This document shows, piece after piece, positions 11,654 through 24,984 of a stretch of DNA of 64,000 nucleotides. The notes beneath the pieces were generated by a model, which had not been told where the DNA came from, ran no database searches, and worked only from the letters and a program-made list of their open reading frames with translations. Both the position numbers and the translations under genes were made by a program. The DNA comes from Gordius albopunctatus (lineage: Eukaryota): NCBI GenBank assembly GCA_964276515.1, contig OZ193909.1:2790001-2854000 (forward strand). Reading direction: 5' to 3'. Every line of letters starts with the position of its first letter. Position 1 is the first letter of the stretch.

Positions 11654-12885
11654 TCACATATTAGCCCAATTTCTTAGACATAAAATGTAATTTACAGAAG
11701 AAGAAGATATCTGATTTCTTTTTTTTGTTACTAAATTGAATGCAGCAGAAAAGAGTCTTTCGGCCGGGACCGATGTCCCCTGCTGGACTAGATATTTTCT
11801 TGCAATTTTAGATAGTCTAGGGTATTTTCTTTTGTTAATTGCCCACCACTGTAGGATGTCATGCTCCGCTAAAAAATGTTATAATTCTACTATATAAATT
11901 TACCATCCAATAGAGGTTGATCTAAATATCTTTTCAACTCTTCGTCTCTAGTTTGGCAATCCCTTTTCAAAATAAAATTAGAATCAAAATAATTTACTCT
12001 TCAAGTAATTGGAAGGCGATTGCTGTTGAAGATAAGAGTTCTTGTGAGATCTCAATATCTGGAGTTGTTACAGCTAACAACAAATCAAGTTCTATATCAT
12101 TGGACTGGGTTAGACAATCCCTTGGCATCTTCTCCTTTTTAGTCGCGGGTCAAGTAGAACCCCAACATAATAATTAAAAGATCCAAAAAATTTTTCATAT
12201 TGCCCAAGTTTTTCAAGCATGGACTCGGCTGCTCTTTGAATTTTAGGATTTGTTTGGGTCAAGCCATTTAGATATTTGCGCATTTTGTTTAAGTAAAATA
12301 CGCGCAATCCTATTGAAGGATGTGTTTGTGGGGAAATAGAATTTGTCATGACGTCGAATATGGAAAGAAAGGACTCAACTTCTTTTAGAAATTTGATATC
12401 CTCCTCTGTACATAATGGGGTATCCGATATACACCCATCTTTAACTCCAAGTGAATTAATTATATTAATATTCTAAAAATTTAGATAAAATTAATTATTA
12501 ATTTACCTTATTAAACACACTTAGCATCTTAAATGTGCTATTCCATCTAGTGACAATATCCAATGGAATTTTGACTTCTGCCAAATCTGTAAACTTTTGC
12601 ATTAATTTTGGGGAAGTATGTAGTTTCCTCACCCATTTGGAAACCTTATTAATATCCTCCTCAAATTCCTTTACTCCCGATTTTACGAATAAATTGATTA
12701 GATGCCCAAAACATCGAATGTGATATATTTCTTCGATTTTGGCTTTATTAATAATATTCATGGCTGATATCATATTAGTAGCATTATCAGTCGTAATAGC
12801 CACCACTTTATTGGATATATTAAATTTGTTTATTATACTTAATATTTTTTTGCCTATATTATTCCCCGTATGTAGGTAGGGGATA
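11654..12885 (-). mobile_element. hAT transposase, internally deleted, with mini-introns
   Basis: VAITTDNATNM...HIRCFGHLINL...DIVTRWNST...LLDPR...ILQWW...YPRLSKIARKYL...TSVPAERLFS. GT-AG introns at 12473-12506, 11963-11997 and 11869-11903. Confidence 0.9.
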
Positions 12886-13367
12886 TTTGTTCATTTTCAT
12901 CCATATCCATAGTAGAGTTAGAGTTAGGGTCGAAATCGTAACAATTCGTAGACATGTTAATGTTATAAGTGAAAAAAGAAATGAATTTAAAATGGTATGA
13001 TAAAGAGCCTAGCCCCCCCCCCCACCACCATGCCGCCTTGTTGTGCCATAATTTATATATTTAGTTTAGAACTTAACTTAAATCTCATATGTTTAAATAT
13101 GGTATTGCACATTGCAACGAGAGAAGGGAGAGAGTGGGTGCATTAGTATATATATATTATATGTACATGGGGGTGGTGATATGTCTGAGTCGCGCGGGAT
13201 GTTGTTCTCTGATATTGAAAATAGAGTTTAATAATATAATTTTAATTATAACAATTAATTTAAAATGCTACAAATATAAAATAAATAAGTCTTTATCTTT
13301 TACAAGAGGCGAGGAATTCAAAACATATTTGAAATTAAATTTTGTGAATAAAATTGCTATTGATTAT

Positions 13368-13535
13368 TGAGGGTAAAAAATAAAGGAGGAGGGGGGCAAA
13401 ACACCCTCCTGAACCCCCCCCCCTTTCCCCGCATCAGAAAGAGGGTAAAAAATTAGGGGGGGTGGCAAAACACTTACCATGCCCCCCCCTTCCCCCGCAT
13501 CAGAAAGAGGGTAAAAAATTAAGGGGGGGGGCAAA
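13368..13535. repeat. G-run/C-run tandem repeat, about 2.5 copies of a ~68-bp unit
   Basis: gagggtaaaaaat.a.ggggggg..gcaaaacac...ccccccc.t.ccccgcatcagaaa is repeated. Confidence 0.75.
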
Positions 13536-14259
13536 TCTTCACAAAATTTTTTTCATAAATAAAACATATAATGCATAATAATTATTAACTATAATTTACT
13601 AGAGATTAGATAATACTTTTCATTATGACGTCACAATGGGAAAAGTTTCCAATCAGTGACGTCATGATACATCTATTTTTATTGTCTTAAATTAAAAGTT
13701 CATTACCTAAATCTAAATGCAGCAAATATGATAACAATACAAACAAATTGATATATTTGCATGCCCAACCCAAAACGACCAAGACCAAACCAAAAGGTTA
13801 AATATATTATCCACCCAAACCCTTTAGGTGTTTAATCCACCCAAACCTAAACGCCAAAGGTGCCCCACAAAAATTCACCAAAAACGCTTTGGGTGTTTTT
13901 TACGAAAACGCCAAAGCCCTCCCAAGAAAATTCACCTAACACTGATAGGGTTGGGTGAAAAAAAAACGCCAACAACTAGGCTTAGCAATACGCTGGGAAA
14001 AACCAGCCAGCCGTTTTTACAACACTAGTATATATATATATATGGGGAACCCCGCATATTCCCGAAACCGCACAATCCCGAAACTACGATAAGGCTATGG
14101 CTACGATGTGAGATTACCATATGATATTTTTCAATTCGTTTCATTTTAAAATTTTTTAAATTTGAGCCCCATCTTATTATACCACATAAAAGTATAATTT
14201 TTAGACATGGATTAATTTATTTATTAATTAGCATTGTCAACCTAAGCTATAAACAAGTT

Positions 14260-15230
14260 TCAACCCCCGGCCCGACTTTTGTAAAAATGTAAATTTGTAC
14301 CAATTTTATTTCAAAAATTTATTTATAAATATATTACGTATCGCGAATATTATGTGATTTAAAATATGAATAATTATGGTAAATAAATAAAGTGGAGTCT
14401 AATTTCTCGGGTTTTAACGAAGTCCTTCTCTCTTCGTAAGCTCGCCCAGCTGTAGAAAAGGCTCGCTCACTGCTAGCTGATGTAGCAGGTATTGCCAAAT
14501 ACTTTCTAGCCAAATTGCTCAAACAAGGAAATTCACTCTGATGCATCTTCCACCATTCCAAAACTTCCATACCATCAATATAATTCGTATTTAAATATTT
14601 ATGTAATTCATCTTCCTCAGCTTCTTTATCTATTCTGGGCTCTTCTCAAATACTAAAATCTAAAAATTCTTACTCCATTATATTATCTAGAAAAATAATA
14701 AGTGCTTAATGCAAATTAGAAAATTACCATGCTCGACGGCTATATTAGGCGTAACTGTATTAACCGGAGGATTAGCCTTAATCCTTTCCTCCATAATTAT
14801 TAAATTTCGTATATGATGAAAAATGTCATCAAATTCATAGCGAGGCAGCATTATTAAATTTCGATACTTTGGATTTAATAATGCAGATAATTTATGAATA
14901 ATATCAAGTTCAAATTTTGAATTTAAAAACGAAAGGGGCCTTTTTGGCCAAAGTGTTAAACTCTTCGCTAAAAAAGGGTTTTTTCAAACATTCGATTAGT
15001 CTGTAATAGCATAAGAGTACCATGTTTAGTGTCGGCTTTGTGGGGTGTAGTAAAATTCTAAATATTTATTTGTAGGGGCATTATTTTGTATTGTAATTAT
15101 ATTTTGGATTAATATTTATTCAATTTTTTTTCGGGCTGGCCCATCAGGCCCGATCAATGTTTTAAAATTTGCCCGAGCCCGACCCGAAAGCCCGTCGGGC
15201 CGGGCCTCGGACGACCCGTGCAGGGCTCTA
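14260..15230 (-). mobile_element. Defective hAT element retaining the dimerization domain
   Basis: EVLEWWK...FPCLSNLARKYLAIPATSASSERAFSTAG at 14334-14570. The right terminus gtgcagggctcta (ends 15230) with cccga subterminal repeats matches the TIR of 44524-45291. The left end is approximate. Confidence 0.8.
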
Positions 15231-15660
15231 ATGACACCTCACAAGTAACCTTTTATAATAATCATATAAATTGTTGTATTAAGAGAAAATTATTGATAAC
15301 TTGTTAGCCCTTTAAGAAATAACTGATGCTAATATGTTACACATTAACTAAGGAAAATAAATTATTTCAAGATTAGAAAATATGAAATCATTAGTTGAAG
15401 TTGTTGGAATCATTATTTTAAAAATGATATTAATAATGTTGATATTTTTTCTTATCCGCATATTGTGAATTATTTACATGTTGAACATTAAACAGAGTCT
15501 TGCAAAAATATATCAATTCAATTGTTGCTAGTACTAACCTTATTGCTTTTATTACATGTTTTAATGTTCATATTTTTATATAATTACATATAGTATCTAA
15601 AAATTTATAACAATCAATTTCATTATTTTTTGTCAATGGATTCGCTTCTTAGAATAGCTA

Positions 15661-17760
15661 CAGTCGAAATTGTATAAGTGAGAACCGGATAAATGGTAAT
15701 ATTTATAAATGATAAATAACCGCGATATTTTTAACACATCGTTTAAATTTTGCGCAAAATATATTTATAAGTGAGAATTGTATAAGTGCTAAAAATCGCA
15801 TTACTTGGAAAATTTTAAAGGTATTTTATTATTTTTATACTTGATAATATGTGGTTAAGTGAGAATGAAAAAAAATTTAACTTACTATGAAAAGTTGAAA
15901 ATTATAGAAGAAGCCAAACTTACCAGTAAATCAACTTTAGCCAAAAATTACAATGTGGGATTAGGAACAATATACCGTGTATGCAAAAATGCTACCGATT
16001 TGAAAACAACTGCTTCTAATAACATATCTCAATAAAAAAAGACAAAAAAAAGTAATATTGTTTGTATAAATAAAAATTATTTAATTTAGCACAATACATA
16101 AAGACAGAACAAGCCCTTCTAAAATAGTTCTTAGAAATTAGCTAAAAACAATGTGCAATTAATAGTGCTGTAAACATTTGTAAAAAAATCGAACGCGTTC
16201 AACGTTCATTGACAAAAATCGAACGCGTTCAACGTTCATTGACAAAAATCGAACGCGTTCACGTTCGTCTAAAAAGAAAAGGAACGCGTTCACGTTCGTT
16301 CAAAATTTTATGATACATTTTTTAAAGTTTAATTTAATATAAATAAATGTCTTATATTTTTTAATACAATAAATAGCCATGATAAAAAAAGAATAGTTTT
16401 GTTTCGACAATATAATTATAAATCAATGTAATCTATTTTCTTATTTAATTTTAATAATAATTGTTTTTCAAAATTGTCTTCTGATAAGCAGGAACGCTTG
16501 GCAGTTAATACAGCATTAGCTATACTAAAAACCTGCTCCACAGGGGCAGATGAGGGGATTGGAGTATTATACTTAATAAACAAATTTTTTAAAGGATGAA
16601 ATTTATTAAAAACTTTTAATGTTTTGTCCCTCGCTTCAAAAAATTGCGACAAGATATCATCCTCCAATGCGCCCTCTACTTCCTCGCCAAAAAGTTATAT
16701 CTCGGAATTGACAGCTCTTTCATTATCAATTCTAGGGGTTTCAATACCTTTTTTCAATAACACTAAAAGTTTATTCTTTATAGATTTTAATTATTGAATT
16801 TGATCTTTTATATGAAACGAGTGGAAAATATTTTTCATATTTTGGCCATGGCAATTTCAATTCATCTGCTGATTTTGAATATTCAGAATCTGAAGATGAC
16901 GACGATATAATATTATGATTGTCCATATTAACCTATAAATTAAACTATAATTAATAATATCAAACTAATTAACTTTAATCTTATCTTCCTTTGCACGTTA
17001 TAGTATGTTAAAAGTATTTCGGAATCGGTAATAGGAAACAGGAAAAACAGCTGATTAAAAAATATAATACTTTTTTGTTAAAAATTCGAATTGACATTAA
17101 TTTTAAAATAAATAAAAACAAAAAAGGATTTTTAAAATTGAACGAACGTTAAATTCGAACGCGTTCATCAAAAAAGGAACGCGTTCACGTTCAAAGTTCA
17201 CCAAAAAATAAAAGAACGCCGTTCATGAACGCGTTCACTTACAGCACTAGCAATTAATGGTCCTTTGATTCTTACAAAGGCAAAATCTTTTTCAAATCAT
17301 TTTAATGAAGGTAAATTTTTTAAATTAATATTTTTATCATCAATGATCAAGTTTTTATTATAATTTTTAATTAGCTTTTTTGAACAAATTTATATTTTTT
17401 AAATAATAATCTTAGGCATTCCAGATTCTAGTTGGATACAGAGATTCCATACCAGGAACAATATCAATTGTTACTCTACAAATAATGAAATGGGTAATGC
17501 TGATTTTGTTACAGCTTCATATTGGAGAGAAAAATTATTACCACAGTTACTTGAATCTTTATGATGATATAAATGAAGTTGAATTAGTTGAAGATATACC
17601 TACCAAAGAAGATGCACAAATGGCATTCTTTTCTTTAGCCAAATATGCACATCATGTATGGAAAGATCAAAAAAAAATTAGAGAGTTTGAATTCTTTATT
17701 GAAAATAAACTCTTTAAATGTGAAAGTCATCAGCTTGTCACTACAAGTTTGTAGGCGTAT
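15661..17760 (+). mobile_element. pogo/Tigger-like transposon relic interrupted by a hAT insertion
   Basis: TA|CAGTCGAAATTGTATAAGTGAGA terminus. MKKNLTYYEKLKIIEEAK...LAKNYNVGLGTIYRV (HTH_psq-like) starts at 15865. AINGPLILTKAKSF and SSWIQRFHTRNNI (CENP-B HTH-like) resume after the hAT. The right end was not found. Confidence 0.75.
16163..17249 (-). mobile_element. Non-autonomous hAT element
   Basis: TIRs tagtgctgtaa/ttacagcacta, a perfect 8-bp TSD gcaattaa, subterminal gaacgcgttc repeats, and a dimerization-domain ORF (LFIKYNTPIPSSAPVEQVFS) at 16416-16667. Confidence 0.93.
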
Positions 17761-17832
17761 AACTTTTTTAGCCTTTGTTTCCTTTTGACTTTAAACAATA
17801 TATTTCCATTGTTGATTTTATGTATATTAAAA

Positions 17833-20800
17833 ATAGTTCAAATAAATTATTTTAATAGCAAATTACGTATATAATCTATAAATTTTTAGTCTCTAATAAA
17901 TTATCATTTTATTTGATAGAATTAATGCATGTGTATTTAAAATGCTGCCATCTACATTGTGTTATATTTTTATAACACATTTTTAAATTCCCAGCATTAT
18001 TTTGTGATATACACAGACACACCTTGTATTTTTTAATAGTTTTTTATGGACAAAGAGTGATAATTGTATGAATTTTATGTATTTTAGATTGTATAAATAG
18101 TAAGGCCTCCTGGCGGCTCCAAAAATAAATTTACTATTTATATATTATACAGATTAAGAATTCCTCATTTAAGCAGCATGAACTTCATATTTAAGTCAAC
18201 CGAGATAAAAATTTTAAGCAATTTTATTTTATTTACTAAATCTATATAACGTGACGTGACCAAATCTCGAAAAACACCATAATTAAAAAAGATTTTTAGT
18301 TTTAAATCTAATATATAGTTATAATAATAAAATCTATTAAGGCAATTACTGACCATTATACATATATTAAATAAGTCATTACTTATGAATTTCACAGAAT
18401 ATTTATAAAGGAATATATAGAATAAATTTTTCGCTTGAAACTTTAATATATAAAATTCCGGGTCAATTGATAATTAAACTCTAAGATATTTCCTTGTTTT
18501 ATTGGCATTTAATATTTTGACTTAATAGCTCTTTTCAAAGTTTATTGATGAATATAATAACATATGCCGTATATACAAGTAGATTAACATAAACGATATA
18601 CTTCAAAAATTAAATAATATTTCCCAATTGTTTATTGACAAAATTTCGCGAATAGTGCTACTAGCCAGCCGAGATCTCTTCTTTGTCTTGTGGCGTCTGA
18701 ACGAATTTTCTCAAAGGCTGGTGATTTGATGATAAATACCGTAAAACATCACCATTTTCTTAAATAAATATAACGCGTGCTTTTAGAAACATTTCCTTGT
18801 TTCGTGCTTTTTTGCTATTTTTATGAAGTTCGGTTATTAATATTAAAAGTACAAAAAGATTACTGTAACAGTAAGTTGATAAATGCAGACAATGGTTAAC
18901 CGATAAACTTGAAATGCAGTTATATTGTTATTTATGCAGAATAATGCTTCGGGAGCACGAAGAAAATCATATTTGAAATGCCGCCAATTATTCCATCAAT
19001 GTAATATGTGAGCCAAAATTGAATCGGAACTTCTGCTCTACATTAGTTAGATTACGGGCAGTGATGGGTATCCTTTATAAAAAATAAGATCAGCAGAGGA
19101 TGGTGGTAGCGTGGCAACCATTCAACTGCGGAACGCAATAGTCTAGGTAGATAGCCCTTGGGTTTATGCCCCCCCCTTAAATGGCAAAAAAATTTCAATA
19201 CAAGAACCCTTAGAAATTCAAAAAAATTTTATTTTGCCCCCCCCCCATCCTAATTGAACTTAAAACGTTTTCGCCCCCCTTTACAATAAGATTTTGCTTG
19301 TTGTTAATAAAGGTTAAGGAGAAGTCTTCTTCTTAGATGCTTGAGGAGGAACTGGTAAAACTTTCCTACTGACTTTGCTCTGGCAACTATTCGTTCCCAA
19401 CGTAATATAGCCGTGGTTCTAGCGTCTTCCGGAAGGGCTTACATAATTTCCCGGTAGAAAAACAGCTCATTCAGCTTAAAAATTGCCTTTAAACACTAAT
19501 TATCGTGAAACCCTAATGTGCAACATTTCCAGAACATATGGAATGGGTATAGTATTACAGAATTGCAAACCTATCGTTTGGGATGAATGCACAATGGTTT
19601 ATGAAAAACCGCTCTAAGTTCTAATCGGTAATCGCATGATTTACAAAGAACCATTAAACCTATTGGTAACGCAAGGTTATTACTTGCAGGAGATTTCAGG
19701 CAAACTTTACCGGTTCTCTGACGATCCACCCCTGCGGACGAAATTAATGCTTGCCTAAAATATTCTATTTTTTTTGCCTTATGTCAAAACATTAAATCTA
19801 ACTACTAATATGCTTGTAGTATTTTAAAATCATCCTGCATGTGAGATATTCTCCCATTAATTGCTAGAATTTGGGAAGGGAACCGTGCACGTTGATATAT
19901 GCTCAGGACGGATTTCTTTTCCTACCAACATTTGTAATTTTGTTCCATCTAAACTGATTGGTTGGTTAAAGTGTTTCCAAATATTAACGCCCATTATCAT
20001 TGTCGACTTTGGCTCCGCCAACAGGCTATTCTCGCCCCCAAGAATAATGACGTCCACGAGCTTAACAATCTCATTCTGTCTAACATTCAAGGCAATCCAA
20101 TTACTTACAAGTATTAAGTATCGCGATGTGCAATTTCAGTTAGCCAAAACTTTGCAATGGTTTACGTCTCGCTGTTAAACGCTTGATGTACAACATTGAA
20201 GAAGTCACGATTTTGACCGGACATGTGCATTTTTAAATTTTATAACTCCATAACAGGTATAGCTATATATATCTTCATTTTAGCCTATCTACTAATACCA
20301 ATATGTTTCTTCCCCACCAACTATATCAATCTCCCAGTTTTATTCTTATTCAAACTTATTTTTAGGTAAATTTAAGCATAGTTTTCTTTTGGCCGTCCGA
20401 AGCCAGGCCCGAATGGTCGGGCATACCTTAACATCACTCAGGTAAAGTTAAAACCGTATATGTACAATCAAAATATTAATATACCCATCTGCCCCCCATC
20501 CAAATCAATTTTTTTTAAATTTATTAAAATTATGGTTAACATTTCAAAAAATTATAATTTTACTTCTGCCTAAATCATTATTTCCCCCCTCTAATTCCAA
20601 TGCTGGCTACCCTTATAAATATACCATAAGTCCCTTTTTAAACTTTAACTACACTTGCAGGTCTAAACTTATTATATTAGTTTTTTTACTTTATACTTTT
20701 TAAGTCATTATCTTTATACTGGTTTTTATTATAATCATACCTCACCTCACCTATAACACCTTCATCTGATCAATGTTTTAATAGGTATAACGATACAACT

Positions 20801-21604
20801 ATCTTTCTAATTTTTTTTATCATTCATAAATATTTCGCTTCCGTTATATTCGTGGAAATTTGTATAATTTCTAATTATTTCTCATTCCAACCAAATATTA
20901 TAAAAGCCCTCATTTAACCAAATTTGAAGGAGATCTTTTAATATCTCTTCATTTTGATACTATAGATTTTAGGCTATGACATTACACTACTATAAACGCT
21001 GTACTAAACTATTTTCTATACAATGTCTAACATTATAACTAACCTTTATACACCAGTGCAATGGTTTATAAATTTTTGTTACCCAAATATGCATATTATC
21101 GTTAACATCGCACTTTTCAACATATAAAACTAACAAATACCTTATAAGTATTTTAAACTATTACAAATCTATTTAGTTATGAATAAGTATGCTCTTTCCT
21201 ATTTTTTTTTATATCATAAACGATTGACCCATTTAGCTAATTAAGGACTAAGCCAAAGCAACGCTTGGCCGGGCACAGCTAGTTAAGATATAAAAATTGT
21301 AAATTTATTTTTGGTGCCGCCAGGCCGTCTTACTATTTATACAATCTAAAATACATAAAATTCATACAATTATCGCTCTTTGTCCAAGAAAAACTATTAA
21401 AAAAATACAAGGTGTCTATATCACAGAATAGCATAGATACGCAGGGAATTTGAAAAATGTGTTTAAAAATATAAACAATGCAGATGGCAGCATATTTTTA
21501 AATACACATGCATTAATTCTATCAAATAAAATGATAATTTATTAAACTAAAAATTTATAGAATATATACGTAATTTGTTATTAAAATAAATTTATTTGAA
21601 CTAT
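17833..21604. repeat. ~310-bp inverted arms (17833-18146 and 21284-21604) flanking the Helitron
   Basis: For example ataaattatcattttatttgatagaattaatgcatgtgtatttaaaa in the left arm has its reverse complement at about 21495-21545. The match continues along both arms. Confidence 0.85.
18241..21282 (+). mobile_element. Helitron, degenerate, both termini present
   Basis: 5' end A|TCTATATA. 3' hairpin gccaaagcaacgcttggc followed by CTAG|T. Internal Pif1-like helicase remnants at 19318-20230: FFLDA*GGTGKTF, IVWDECTM, LLAGDFRQTLPV, DEINACLK, LLEFGKG. The 5' end is less certain than the 3' end. Confidence 0.85.
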
Positions 21605-21767
21605 AATATATATGATTAATAAAATATGTTAACTACTCAATCGGTAAAATATTATATATTACTTTATTAAAATCACTTACGGAAATTGTATATAACAATT
21701 GAATGAATCAAAAATGGAAAAAGTAAATTTTCTTGATACAATAATAATAATAGCTCTCTTACGATAT

Positions 21768-24700
21768 GTGATGGGAAAACGCTTAGCAGCTCCCCGCTGA
21801 TTGGAATGGAATAGAATACGCCACGCCATGTCTACTAGCACATAGTCACTTTAAGTGCTATAACCTATAAGCTATACGAGATGGGGGGTTTGAGGTGCTA
21901 TCAGCTAGTGATGGGGAAATAGCGTTTTTAAGGAGCTAAAGCTATAGCACATAGTCACTTTAAGTGCTATAAGCTATAGGAGATGGGAGGTTTGAGGTGC
22001 TATAAGCTATAGGAGATGGGAGGTTTGAGGTGCTATAAGCTATAGGAGATAAGAGGTTTGAGTTGCTATAAGCTATAGGAGATTGGAGGTTTGAGGTGCT
22101 ATAAGCTATAGGAGATGGGAGTTTGAGGTGCTATAGGAGATGGGAGGTATGAGGTGCTATGTGCTATAGGAGATGGGAGTTTGAGGTGCTATGTGCTATA
22201 GGAGATGGGAGGTTTGAGGTGCTATGTGCTATAGGAGATGGGAGTTTGAGGTGCTATGTGCTATAGCTGATAGCACTTAAATGCGCTACTCCTATAGCAC
22301 CGGCGCTAACACTGGGAATAATTTCAATAAAAACAATAGAGTATAATATGAACTTGTGTGTAATCTAATAAACAATTTTCCAATGCTAAGTTTTTATTAT
22401 TAAATTGCTAAGTTTTTATTTTGATATTCTAAGTTTTTTTTATTAAAATGCTAAGTATTTTAAATTATGAATTTTAAAAAAAATGTTTAATATTTAAAAA
22501 AACTTTTTCAATCGGGGAGGGGGGGGGGTTAATTCAAAACCTAGTTATGCCCTACCCTACCCCATGTTTTTGAGAATAAAAAAATTAAACTCCCCCTTCC
22601 CTTAAGTTAATCCATATCCCATCAGGGCGATTATGTTTCAATCAAAAGGAAAACCTAAGAGTAAGAAGAGTGAACTTTAATGCGTACTCAGATCTCAGAC
22701 ATAGTCTGAGTACGCATACTCACTCATGGCATGTTATTTTTATTCAGTCAGTGAGAAAAAGAAAATTAATTTTTCGCTCTCATCTTTAATATCTTTATCC
22801 TTTTCTTCAACTCAACATAAAAATATTAATTTTATGAAAAATAATTATTTACCTGGCTACGACTAGTCCCGGTCACCTCAACATAAAACTTATGTTAAGA
22901 ATATTTAAAAAAGGTTGTGGTTGGTCACTAATTAATAACCAATATAAATCCGACTTAAATAACAAATTTAATCTTTAAGTGTAATATTTTCAATGTGTTT
23001 TATATCAGCCGGTTAAAGTACTTATTTTATGTTACATTTGGGAAATATAATAAAAGATTTCCCAAGTGAGATATCTTTATCAACGTCTATATGAAAACAC
23101 ACTCGTTAAAAATCACAAACTACGATAACTTTATTTTCGACCATTTCGCATTATATATATATTAGTTATATTGATAAATATAATAAAACAGGCAAATATT
23201 TTGTTAATTATTGACGTAGATTACTTTCCAGCTATTCATGCATAGCATTTGGTTTAAGGAAGTTGGAGTTACCGTGACCTTTTCTTGGTAATTATGTTAC
23301 CTGCCTTAGAGAAAAGGCGTTCACTTGGGACTGATGTGCTTTGGTGGCATAAATAGTCTTGAGCCATAGCAGCTAAATTAGGAAATCTCAATGAAGAGGA
23401 TTTCCACCATTCTAAAATATTCACATCGCCATGACATTCAATTTCCATAATATAGTTTTCCAACTCTTCATCGCCCACAAACATTCTAGAACTATTTAAA
23501 TTATAATAATTTAAAATAATTTTTTCACCTTCGTTTCTTCTGTAATATTAATTCGGTAAAAGATCCACTTGTCGTAGAGCTCTCAACTCAGACTCAGACT
23601 GTCTGAGTCTGAGTACGCAAACGCATAAAAGTTCACTCAATAGTATTGTTTTCCTTTTAATTGAAACATATTAACTTAAGGAAAGGGGGAGTTTAATTTT
23701 TTTATTCTCAAAAACATGGGCGTAGGGCATAACTAGGTTTTGAATTAAGGGGGGGGGGCAAACGGTTAAAATAATAAAAAAAAATTATTAATTTGTAAGG
23801 GTTTTTTTACATTGGAAAAATTTTTTTCCGTCATTCAGAGGGGGGCGGGGCGGGCGACTTATTGATAAAATAAATGTAGAAGCAATGCAAAATAAAATTA
23901 AAGTCATACATTTAATTAAATTTATATTAAAATAAGTCGTAGTTAGATGGTAAGATAGGGCAAAAAAATTATATTCAGGTGTATTTTAATATTTAATAAA
24001 AACAAAATAAACAATGAAAAAAATTATTCCCAGTGTTAGCGCCGGTGCTATAGGAGTAGCGCATTTAAGTGCAATCGGCTATAGCACATAGCACCTCAAA
24101 CTCCCATCTCCTATAGCACATAGCACCTCAAACCTCCCATCTCCTATAGCACATAGCGCCTCAGACCTCCCATCTCCTATAGCTCATAGCACCTCAAACC
24201 TCCCATCTCCCATAGCTCTAGCACCTCAAACCTCCCATCTCCTATAGCTTATAGCACTTAAAGTGACTATGTGCTAGTAGACATAGCGTATTTAATAGGC
24301 TATTCCCATCAGCGGGGAGGTGCTAAGCGCGCTAGTGCTAAGCGTTTTCCCACTACTACTATCAGCTATAGGAGATGGGAGGTTTGAGGTGCTATGAGCT
24401 ATAGGAGATGGGAGGTTTGAGGCGCTAAAGCTATAGCCGATAGCACTTAAATACGCTAGAGCTATAGCACGGCGTTAACATTGATAATAATTTCAATGAA
24501 AACAATAGAGTATAATATGAACTTGTGCTTACTCACCCATGTTATTGTATTTTAATATCTAATAAATAATTTAAAAAAATTATTCTCAATGTTAGTGCCG
24601 TGCTATAGCTCTAGCGCTTAAATGCTATCATCTATAGCTTTAGTACCTCAAACTTCCCATCTCCTATAGCTTATAGTACCTCAAACCTCCCATCTCCCAT

Positions 24701-24835
24701 AGCTTTAGTGCCTCAAACCTTCCTTATGTCATAGCTTATAGCACTTAAAGTAACTATGTTCTAGTAGACATAGCGGCATATGGTTGCTATGTGCTATAGC
24801 TTTAGCTCCTTAAAAACGCTACTTCCCCATCACTA
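21768..24835. mobile_element. Outer hAT-type element with a ~30-bp subterminal minisatellite
   Basis: Ends gtgatgggaaaacgcttagc ... cttccccatcacta. The unit gctataggagatgggaggtttgaggtgctataa is repeated. It is interrupted by the inner copy at 21906-24358. Confidence 0.7.
21906..24358. mobile_element. Inner hAT-type element of the same family in opposite orientation
   Basis: Perfect 8-bp TSD ctatcagc (21898-21905 and 24359-24366). Termini tagtgatgggg/cccactacta. Long inverted arms enclose a hAT dimerization remnant (ILEWWK...FPNLAAMAQDYL...TSVPSERLFSKAG, 23269-23484). Confidence 0.85.
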
Positions 24836-24984
24836 CTAACGAGGGTGGGCAGATGTTTTTTCTCTTCCTCAATATTTTCATAGCTCAGCGATGCATCCGA
24901 ACAAAGCATCGCCGTCAGTAATTAAACATATAGAGGATAGTAAAATATACATAAGGAGATAGGTGCGCGTAAAATAGACATAAA

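Noticed and set aside
14043..14085. MULE-like terminus ggggaaccccgcatattcccgaaac
   Set aside because: No partner TIR or TSD was found in the window.
21860..22270. CRISPR-like array
   Set aside because: The ~30-bp units are head-to-tail without unique spacers, lie in eukaryotic TE subtermini, and have no cas genes nearby.
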